Shown here: one piece after another, positions 58,539-64,000 of the stretch
Numbering within the stretch: position 1 is the first letter of the stretch
How the letters are laid out: each line of letters opens with the position of its first letter
Assembly: GCA_022793675.1 (NCBI GenBank)
Contig: JAAWDH010000020.1
Location: 3,297 to 67,296 of the forward strand
DNA length: 64,000 nt
Origin: Oscillospiraceae bacterium
Lineage (GTDB): Bacteria > Bacillota > Clostridia > Oscillospirales > Ruminococcaceae
Direction of reading: 5' to 3'
Translations under genes and position numbers: made by a program
The notes under the pieces: model-generated
The model's database searches: none
Told to the model about the DNA's origin: nothing
What the model saw: only the letters and a program-made list of their open reading frames with translations

Positions 58539-58913
58539 ATGGAACAGATTGCGGCCCTTCTCGCTAAGATCAGCCCGACGATTGCCCTGCCTGGCCGCGA
58601 GCCGCTGGCTTATGCGATTTTCTGTGCAATGCAGCTGTTTGAGCGGACGCCGCCGCCAGAAACGGTCCGCGTTACCGAAATGGTCTACGCCCCCGCTGCC
58701 AGGATGCTGGGAAAGGACGTGTCTACGGTGGTCAAAGCGTCTGCGCGGGCGCTGAAATGCTGTTGGCTGGACGGCCAAAACCAGCGGCTTAACGCGGTTA
58801 TCGGCGCGGAGCTGCCGCTTTGCCCTACCGTCAAAGAGTTTGTCCTCTGCTGCGCCTATTATCTCACATTTAAGGTCCCTTATTACAAATCGATGTCGTC
58901 TATTGTGTTTTGA
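58539..58913 (+). CDS. stand-alone Spo0A C-terminal (DNA-binding) domain-like protein
   Basis: 124 aa. By eye it aligns with Spo0A_C of the spo0A gene in this window: LAKISPTIALPGREPLAYAI / HNIGVPAHIKGYHYLRDGI, VTEMVYAPAARMLGKDVSTVVKASARALKCCW / [32 protein letters not shown] and PTVKEFVLCCA / PTNSEFIAMIT. No receiver domain. Confidence 0.6.
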   Translation: MEQIAALLAKISPTIALPGREPLAYAIFCAMQLFERTPPPETVRVTEMVYAPAARMLGKDVSTVVKASARALKCCWLDGQNQRLNAVIGAELPLCPTVKEFVLCCAYYLTFKVPYYKSMSSIVF

Positions 58914-58920
58914 ATTTGGA

Positions 58921-58967
58921 AGCTGGCAGCATTTTTCCGATAGATGCTGGCGGCTTTTTGTTTTTTG
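58921..58967 (+). terminator. terminator after the Spo0A_C-like gene
   Basis: AGCTGGCAGCAT/ATGCTGGCGGCT (one mismatch), then TTTTTGTTTTTT. Confidence 0.7.
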
Positions 58968-59060
58968 CTGTTGAATTGCACCTAAAAAGAGCAGGCGTTG
59001 TCACATTCCCCTGCCCATTCATAGTCTGGAGCAACCCCAAAGAAAGAGGTGTTGCAGCTT

Positions 59061-59264
59061 ATGGAAAAAGTTGAACCCAAAAAATGCTGCCATGTGTTCG
59101 GCGAGAACGAAGTCCTAGACTCCCTCCCGCTGGCGATGGCCTATGTCCCGATGCAGCGCTGGGAGAAGCTCTACGAGCCTGCCGTGGCTTTTGACCGCGG
59201 TACCCTGTTCTGCAAGCTCGACCTGCCGTTTAAAGGGAAGGGGGCGGTTTCGGATGGAAAATAA
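59061..59264 (+). CDS. cotJA: spore coat-associated protein CotJA
   Basis: LPLAMAYVPMQRWEKLYEPAVAFDRGTLFCKLDLPF matches the CotJA signature. ATG 59061 lies behind GAGGTG. Confidence 0.8.
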   Translation: MEKVEPKKCCHVFGENEVLDSLPLAMAYVPMQRWEKLYEPAVAFDRGTLFCKLDLPFKGKGAVSDGK

Positions 59265-59511
59265 CACCGTCAACAAGTCGGCGCTGCTGCGGGAAATCCA
59301 GATCTGCCAGTTTGCGCTGATCGAAACGCAGCTCTATCTGGATTCCCATCCCTGCGACCAGGAGGCGCTGCGCTATTTTACCGCCCACCGGGAGCATCTT
59401 AAGGAGCTGACGGCTCGCTGGGAAAAGGTCTGCGGCAAGGTGCGGGAAAACGGTTCGGAATTATGTTGGGCCTGGACAGATACCCCCTGGCCCTGGCAGG
59501 TGGAGGGTTAA
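59254..59511 (+). CDS. cotJB: spore coat protein CotJB
   Basis: LLREIQICQFALIETQLYLDSHPCDQEALRYF...H...L is the CotJB signature. Overlaps the cotJA 3' end. Confidence 0.85.
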   Translation: MENNTVNKSALLREIQICQFALIETQLYLDSHPCDQEALRYFTAHREHLKELTARWEKVCGKVRENGSELCWAWTDTPWPWQVEG

Positions 59512-59514
59512 GCT

Positions 59515-59631
59515 ATGTGGAGTTACGAGAAACGGTTGATTCACCCCGTGAAGATCAAATGCCCCGACCCCCAGGCGGCTACCGTGATCATGAGCCAGCT
59601 TGGTGGGCCGCATTCCAATAAGTTATACTAG
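59515..59631 (+). pseudogene. cotJC: 5' fragment of cotJC (Mn-catalase-family spore coat protein), interrupted after ~codon 32
   Basis: The ATG is 3 nt after the cotJB stop. MWSYEKRLIHPVKIKCPDPQAATVIMSQLGGP matches the conserved CotJC N-terminus (B. subtilis MWVYEKKLQYPVKV...IEQYGGADGELAA). The sequence then diverges to HSNKLY* inside the element end. This ORF is not in the ORF track (<60 aa). Confidence 0.8.
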
Positions 59632-61052
59632 AGCCAATAAAAAATATCGAACTTATTCTCTGCCCGATAGAAGACGATTTTTTCAATAAACTGTTTGGCA
59701 GCACTGTTTCGTTCGGCATTTGTAGCCTGGGGGTCCAACAGGATCTCCAGGTTCTTTTTATTTTTGTCAAGAAAACGCCGGCGGATTTCTTCGGGCGACC
59801 ATTCCTCTTTTGGCGTGAGGGAAGCTTCCAGCTTATGGATGTCGGCTTCGATCCGCGCCTTGCTGTCCTGGAATTCTTCCAGCGTGTAGGCTCCAGCTTC
59901 ATAAGCTTCGCGGGCGCGGCGCATCCGGGCCTTGGCCTGCTCCAGCTGCTTTTTAGCGAGCTTGCTGCCGGCGTCGTCTTCCTTGCTTGTCAGGTGCAGG
60001 TGGGACAGGAAAGCTCCGCTTTCAAAGGTCGCGGCCAGTACCGGCAGCACAGCTGCCGAGACGGCGTCGGTGGTGGTGTAATGGCTGACTTTGCAGGTGC
60101 CATGGGCATAGCGGGTACACTGCCAGGAATCCGTTTTGCCGCCGCTTGCGAGGGTTGCGCCGCAGGCTGAGCAGCGCAGCAGCCCGTTATAGAGCCGGGG
60201 CGCGGCGTTTGCGGTATGGTCATGGCGGCGGTAACGCGCTTTCTGTTCAGCGATGCGCTGCTGGACGGCCTCCCAAAGCTCTTTGCCGATAATTGGCTGA
60301 TGCTGGCCGTCAACGACTTCGACCTGTTCGCCGTAGTAATCCCGGCCGCCGTTATGGCTGGTGCCGCTGCGCAGCTTGCCGATGTAGACAGGGTTCCTGA
60401 GGATGTATTCGACCGTCCGGTTCTCCCAAAGCCGCCCTGTCCCCAGTGTGTTGGCCCATCCTGCCAGCGTCCGCAGCGGCTCGCCGGCGGCATAGCGGGT
60501 AAAGAGCTGCTGGACGAGTTCTGCTTCCTGCGGCACGACCTGATAGCAGCCGTCCTGATAGCAGTAGCCGTAAGGCGCGCCGCTGGTTGGCAGCCCGCGG
60601 GAAAGCCGTTCCTTCATGCCGCGTTTGACCTCGCCGCTGAGGTTGACGCTGTAATATTCGTCCATCCACTCAATGATCCGCTCAATCAGGCCGCCGAAGG
60701 GGCCGTCGGCCAGCGGCTCGGACACTGACACGACCTCAATGCCTTCCCGGCGGAGCAGCGACTTATAGACGATGGATTCCTCTTGGTTGCGGGCGAAGCG
60801 GGAAAACTTCCAGACCAGGATGACCTCAAAAGGCGTCGGCTTTTGGCGGGCCGCGGCAATCATCCGCTGGAACTCCGGACGCTTTTCAGCTTTCCGGCCG
60901 CTGATGCCGTCGTCTTCGCGGAAAACAAATTCTTCCGGCAATAGCAGCTCATGGCTTTTGGCATAATCCAGAATTATTTTCAGCTGGCTGTCGGGGCTGT
61001 ATTCCAGCTGGTCGTCGGTCGACACCCGAACGTAACAGGCGGCCGTGCGCAT
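59628..61052 (-). CDS. large serine recombinase (phage integrase type)
   Basis: Resolvase catalytic N-terminus AACYVRVSTDDQ, a recombinase domain, a zinc ribbon (CSACG...C..Y.HGTC) and a C-terminal coiled coil. 474 aa. RBS AGGAGG. Confidence 0.95.
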   Translation of the reverse strand: MRTAACYVRVSTDDQLEYSPDSQLKIILDYAKSHELLLPEEFVFREDDGISGRKAEKRPEFQRMIAAARQKPTPFEVILVWKFSRFARNQEESIVYKSLLRREGIEVVSVSEPLADGPFGGLIERIIEWMDEYYSVNLSGEVKRGMKERLSRGLPTSGAPYGYCYQDGCYQVVPQEAELVQQLFTRYAAGEPLRTLAGWANTLGTGRLWENRTVEYILRNPVYIGKLRSGTSHNGGRDYYGEQVEVVDGQHQPIIGKELWEAVQQRIAEQKARYRRHDHTANAAPRLYNGLLRCSACGATLASGGKTDSWQCTRYAHGTCKVSHYTTTDAVSAAVLPVLAATFESGAFLSHLHLTSKEDDAGSKLAKKQLEQAKARMRRAREAYEAGAYTLEEFQDSKARIEADIHKLEASLTPKEEWSPEEIRRRFLDKNKKNLEILLDPQATNAERNSAAKQFIEKIVFYRAENKFDIFYWL

Positions 61053-61163
61053 TATGGGTTATTCCTCCTATTTTTATTTTTAAGTGTTACTAGAGCAACC
61101 GACCTAGTTTTGTAACAATCTACTTGTTAGTTTCCTTTGGGGCCATACTTCTTCTGTTAAACT

Positions 61164-62030
61164 TTATTCGTAATCTTCTTGCTCTAACGTATCAGGTAAT
61201 TTTTCTGCGGAACTTGATAATTTTTTAATATCAGATTCTGCGCGCCGTTCAACTTTTTTAATGTCTTCTGCAGGTGGGAGTTCTTCAGGGATAATACCAC
61301 GCTTTAACAGCATATCTCTAATACTGGTATTGTTTTGAACATGTTCTCTGGTTATAAAAAGTTCACCGCGAAGATCATCGGTTTCAACATGTAAATTTGT
61401 CATTTCTGTTGCTAAATTCTTGGCTGCTAAAGTTATAGGGGGTAAGAAATCAGCTAACGGACGAGCTTGTTTAATTTTATACCGTACCTTCATGTCAGCA
61501 GTTGAAGAGCCAAATAATGCTTTGTCTCCTTTAGAACGAATTCGAGCGAACCCAGTATCGTCAACACCCCGTTCATAAATATTCTGAGAAAGTCTCTTTT
61601 CGGCTTCACGAAGTTGAGAACGGATTTGCATTCGGTGTAAATCTTCTAAACGTTCTTCAAGGATTTCTAATTTCCTTGTTTGTAGAGCAAAATAGGTTTG
61701 CGCAAACGCAATCTCAGTTTTACTGGCATCGCCATTTTGTGCAATAAGATAGCATGCATATCTGGTCAGAAAAAAATCAGATATTTTTCTGACGCTAGCA
61801 GAGCCTATTTTTGTTAATTTCGTTGTTTCACGAAAATGGTCTTCGATATTCCCTCCAGAATTTAAACAAGCTTTTTGGGCGCGGGTTAAGACTTCAAAAA
61901 AGTTTTCCCAGCGCTTATAGCCCAATATTTGCTGGAGTTCTCTTGCGCACCAATACTCAAGTCCTGATGATGTTTTGTGAGCAATTTGGTCGAAAGTCAT
62001 TTTCATTTGTGTAAGGAGTTCCTTGTCCAT
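61164..62030 (-). CDS. dinD: DNA-damage-inducible protein D (DinD) family protein
   Basis: WCARELQQILGYKRWENFFEVLTRAQKACLNSGGNIEDHF...KIGSASVRKISDFFLTRYACYLIAQNGDASKTEIAFAQTYFALQTR is collinear with E. coli DinD as recalled. Low GC. ATG 62030. Confidence 0.8.
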   Translation of the reverse strand: MDKELLTQMKMTFDQIAHKTSSGLEYWCARELQQILGYKRWENFFEVLTRAQKACLNSGGNIEDHFRETTKLTKIGSASVRKISDFFLTRYACYLIAQNGDASKTEIAFAQTYFALQTRKLEILEERLEDLHRMQIRSQLREAEKRLSQNIYERGVDDTGFARIRSKGDKALFGSSTADMKVRYKIKQARPLADFLPPITLAAKNLATEMTNLHVETDDLRGELFITREHVQNNTSIRDMLLKRGIIPEELPPAEDIKKVERRAESDIKKLSSSAEKLPDTLEQEDYE

Positions 62031-62044
62031 GTTATCAGTTCCTT

Positions 62045-62383
62045 TCAAAATCTTATTGTGTTGTTGGTGTCTATCCATTTTCGTTGCTGGTATCGCCGTT
62101 TTTGTGGGCTGAGCACGAATGCGTTAGAGCCAGATTCGTTTTTAAACCTCTCGAATTCGAGAGGTTTAAAATTAGGATTGTTGAGTTGCTCCCAAAGGCC
62201 TAAAAATTCGATAGTACTTCGATTGCGCATCCAATTGCAAATAACGGCATAGGCTTCGCTAGTGCTCCGGTATCTTGCAATATCAGTAAGCGAAATATAG
62301 TCATCAGTTCCAGTTTGGGACAGTACGACAATTTCTGTGTCTTGTGCGTGGATAACGCTCTTGACTGGTTTTTGCTTTGCCAT
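62045..62383 (-). CDS. KilA-N domain protein (domain-only, 112 aa)
   Basis: YISLTDIARYRS...VICNWMRNRSTIEFLGLWEQLNNPNFKPLEFERF is a KilA-N signature. Low GC. Confidence 0.75.
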   Translation of the reverse strand: MAKQKPVKSVIHAQDTEIVVLSQTGTDDYISLTDIARYRSTSEAYAVICNWMRNRSTIEFLGLWEQLNNPNFKPLEFERFKNESGSNAFVLSPQKRRYQQRKWIDTNNTIRF

Positions 62384-62413
62384 TTTATCACTCCTTAAAT
62401 TTTTGCAATAGTT

Positions 62414-62866
62414 TCAGCTCTCCATCCTCTCTGGGCTGATCTGCTCGAACCGCCATCTCACCAGATTTTCCGGCAGCCCCATCGCAAAAGAAAGCCGCTC
62501 ATAAGAATAGTCGGCATATTCTAAAAGCTCGTCATCATCCGGCCAGAGCAGAAAGGCAGCAAACCGGTCGGCGGCGTTCTCCAGCTTTCCCATTACCTGG
62601 TAAGTGCGGGTATCCAGATAAACGGCATTATAGTCTGCATGGAGCAGCGCGTGCCCCAGTTCATGGGCGCAGACGAATTCCTGGACATAGCCGTTGAGGC
62701 TGTCGTCAATATAGATGGTATCCACGTTGAGGGCACGATGGAAAAAACCGCGAGTCCCGTTCAAATCTGTGAAGGCCACATTGATCCCCATCATGTCACA
62801 GATTTTGAAAGGGTTTCGGGTTTGGTATCTGCTGAGAACAGCAGCCGCAACCTTTTTCATATTCAT
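62414..62866 (-). CDS. ImmA/IrrE family metallo-endopeptidase (anti-repressor protease)
   Basis: HEXXH in CAHELGHALLH. Sits immediately downstream of and coupled to the XRE repressor. The start (62866 or 62887) is uncertain. Confidence 0.85.
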   Translation of the reverse strand: MNMKKVAAAVLSRYQTRNPFKICDMMGINVAFTDLNGTRGFFHRALNVDTIYIDDSLNGYVQEFVCAHELGHALLHADYNAVYLDTRTYQVMGKLENAADRFAAFLLWPDDDELLEYADYSYERLSFAMGLPENLVRWRFEQISPERMES

Positions 62867-62883
62867 AAAGCAGCCCTCTTCTG

Positions 62884-63351
62884 TCAATCTTCCATTGCTT
62901 CTGCTTCGGCGAGGATTTCAGCTTTCAGTTTGGCGGCGCGTTCCTTTTCTGCCTGAGTTTTTGTTTTGGCAAGCTCCAGCCCGATCTTCATGGCAGCGAG
63001 AATGCTTTCAATTGCTTCATCGGTGGCGACGCCGCCTTCGAACATTAGCCCTTCCTGATTCAGCAGCTGCTCCCTGGCCTGTTCCAGGATTTCTTCTACG
63101 CTGCGCGTATCTGCTTCAGAGGCAGGCGCTTTTGTTTTTTCAGGTTCGGTTTCGGTCCCCAGCAGCAAATCTGTGGGAACGCCAAAATAGCCAGAGACTT
63201 TTGCCAGATTTTCTGCCGATAATTTTTTGGTTCTTCCAGCTTTTAGGTCTCCCATAATGCCTCTGCTTATCCCTAAGTCAGCACACATTTTGCCCGGTTT
63301 TATCCCACGTTTTTCGCAAAGCTGCTCAATGATTTCATACATATTGCACAT
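62884..63351 (-). CDS. XRE-family phage repressor (ImmR/CI-like)
   Basis: HTH KPGKMCADLGISRGIMGDLKAGRTKKLSAENLAKVSGYFGVPTDLLLG. ATG 63351 lies behind GGGAG. Confidence 0.85.
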   Translation of the reverse strand: MCNMYEIIEQLCEKRGIKPGKMCADLGISRGIMGDLKAGRTKKLSAENLAKVSGYFGVPTDLLLGTETEPEKTKAPASEADTRSVEEILEQAREQLLNQEGLMFEGGVATDEAIESILAAMKIGLELAKTKTQAEKERAAKLKAEILAEAEAMED

Positions 63352-63409
63352 ATTGTACGCTCCCAATTCGTACGAAGTTCCAAATTACGGAAAGCCGTAC
63401 TTTTTAGGC

Positions 63410-63438
63410 TTGACTTGTACGGAATACAGTGCTAAAAT
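63410..63438 (+). promoter_or_regulatory. rightward (Cro-side) promoter of the element switch
   Basis: TTGACT-17-TAAAAT. The spacer contains GTACGGAAT. Confidence 0.65.
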
Positions 63439-63487
63439 AGAATCAACAGGAACGGTATCCCGTACAACTTCAAGTCTTAACACTTTT

Positions 63488-63516
63488 AGTATAGTACAGC
63501 ATTCCGTACCTGTCAA
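63488..63516 (-). promoter_or_regulatory. leftward (repressor-side) promoter of the element switch
   Basis: Minus strand: TTGACA-17-TATACT. The spacer contains the same GTACGGAAT at the same offset. Confidence 0.65.
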
Positions 63517-63542
63517 TATAAAATTTAGAGAAAGGGGGGTAT

Positions 63543-63788
63543 TTGGTGAATCCGTGCAAATTCACTCCGTTTGGTTTGTACGTAAAGACCAAACTTTTGC
63601 AGTGCGGTAAGACCCAAAAATGGTTGGAATCTGAAATCAATGCCCGTACAGGGATGTATGTGGACGACAGCTATTTGTATAAAATATTTACGGGTCGCCG
63701 GAGTGCACCAAAGATTTCTCAAGCAATTCAAGAAATTCTGCAGCTTGAGGATGCAGCGGGTGAAAGGGGGGTGATATGGTGCGAGTAA
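63543..63788 (+). CDS. Cro-like small HTH protein (start TTG 63543 or GTG 63546)
   Basis: 81 aa. ...CGKTQKWLESEINARTGMYVDDSYLYKIFTGRRSAPK is an HTH pattern. Divergent from the repressor across the operator region. RBS AAAGGGGGG. Confidence 0.6.
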   Translation: MVNPCKFTPFGLYVKTKLLQCGKTQKWLESEINARTGMYVDDSYLYKIFTGRRSAPKISQAIQEILQLEDAAGERGVIWCE

Positions 63789-63793
63789 AAAAA

Positions 63794-63874
63794 ATGATTG
63801 CTTATTTAAAAGAGCATATCTGTTCTGTCATGGCGATTATTTTGGGATTTATCGCCCTTATTAGAACGTTCTAA
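63794..63874 (+). CDS. possible 26-aa hydrophobic peptide (MIAYLKEHICSVMAIILGFIALIRTF)
   Basis: The ATG is 6 nt after the Cro-like stop. The 3' end lies inside a 34-bp perfect palindrome. Very short, so weak. Confidence 0.25.
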   Translation: MIAYLKEHICSVMAIILGFIALIRTF

Positions 63875-64000
63875 TAAGGGCGATAAATGCGACAAGAAGA
63901 GCTAAAAAATCAATCCACTTTTCCATCACGTATTTTTTAGCTTCTGCCCATGTCATTTCTTCTTTGTGCATTCCTTTATGAGATAAACGAAAGGCGACTG
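63861..64000 (-). CDS. 3' end of an ORF entering from beyond the window (...MTWAEAKKYVMEKWIDFLALLVAFIALIRTF*)
   Basis: The frame is open from the window edge. C-terminal hydrophobic helix. The last 7 codons are the mirror image of the plus-strand peptide because of the palindrome. Confidence 0.35.
   Translation of the reverse strand, partial: VAFRLSHKGMHKEEMTWAEAKKYVMEKWIDFLALLVAFIALIRTF

Larger units (their letters stand above)
59611..64000. mobile_element. left end of a prophage-like / intervening element inserted in cotJC (extends beyond the window)
   Basis: Starts where cotJC homology stops. Carries a large serine recombinase, dinD, KilA-N, ImmA/IrrE, an XRE repressor and a divergent Cro-like gene. 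Its right end is not in the window. Confidence 0.8.

Noticed and set aside
58990-59030. sigE/sigK-type mother-cell promoter for cotJA (GTCACATT ... CATAGTCT)
   Set aside because: The -10-like CATA motif is present, but the spacing to the -35-like element (12 nt after ATT) does not fit the consensus spacing as I recall it. It is too weak to report as a feature.
62045-62383. KilA-N gene as a truncated pseudogene
   Set aside because: The ORF ends soon after the KilA-N domain (…SPQKRRYQQRKWIDTNN…), and longer homologues exist. However, domain-only KilA-N proteins are also common, and the frame has a clean stop followed by the RBS of the next gene. This cannot be decided without alignments.
1-64000. 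rRNA, tRNA, tmRNA, CRISPR-cas, IS transposases
   Set aside because: I scanned for T-loop GGTTCGA(A/G)TCC-type motifs, rRNA-like conserved blocks, spaced direct repeats with unique spacers and DDE/Y1 transposase ORFs, and found none. The only recombinase is the serine recombinase at 59628-61052.

Overview
High-GC Firmicutes chromosome segment, probably from a Clostridia-class spore former. Evidence for that: spoIVB-spo0A synteny, a cotJABC operon, a type III glutamine synthetase and a 2-oxoacid:ferredoxin oxidoreductase. Taxonomy below that level cannot be set from sequence alone. Most of the window is housekeeping: rrf2/O-acetylhomoserine sulfhydrylase/cysK, a YtrA-type GntR plus ABC exporter operon, korDABC-like genes, mutY, a class A PBP, glnN, purA, guaA, blaI/blaR1-like genes, rsmE, a MATE pump, trxAB and hemW.

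Four things stand out:
1. cotJC is cut after about codon 32. The insert is a prophage-like element whose large serine recombinase gene ends about 17 nt from the junction. It carries a DinD/KilA-N cargo and an ImmA/XRE/Cro-like switch with face-to-face promoters, and it runs off the window end. This resembles the skin and SPbeta type sporulation-gene intervening elements.
2. A very dense family of modular, MITE/BIME-like intergenic repeats occupies at least 12 clear intergenic loci. It includes a 237-bp copy with perfect 22-bp terminal inverted repeats, a 4 x 94-bp tandem array, an 11 x 9-bp microsatellite, and a 149-bp near-identical inverted pair 15 kb apart.
3. A 1763-aa sortase-anchored adhesin carries an in-frame low-GC block and an N-terminal Cys/His repeat motif.
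4. Leader terminators sit upstream of glnN and purA, with no riboswitch I can recognise.

No rRNA, tRNA, CRISPR array or transposase gene was seen. Start codons were refined by eye from RBS spacing. All functional calls come from motif recognition, not database searches.
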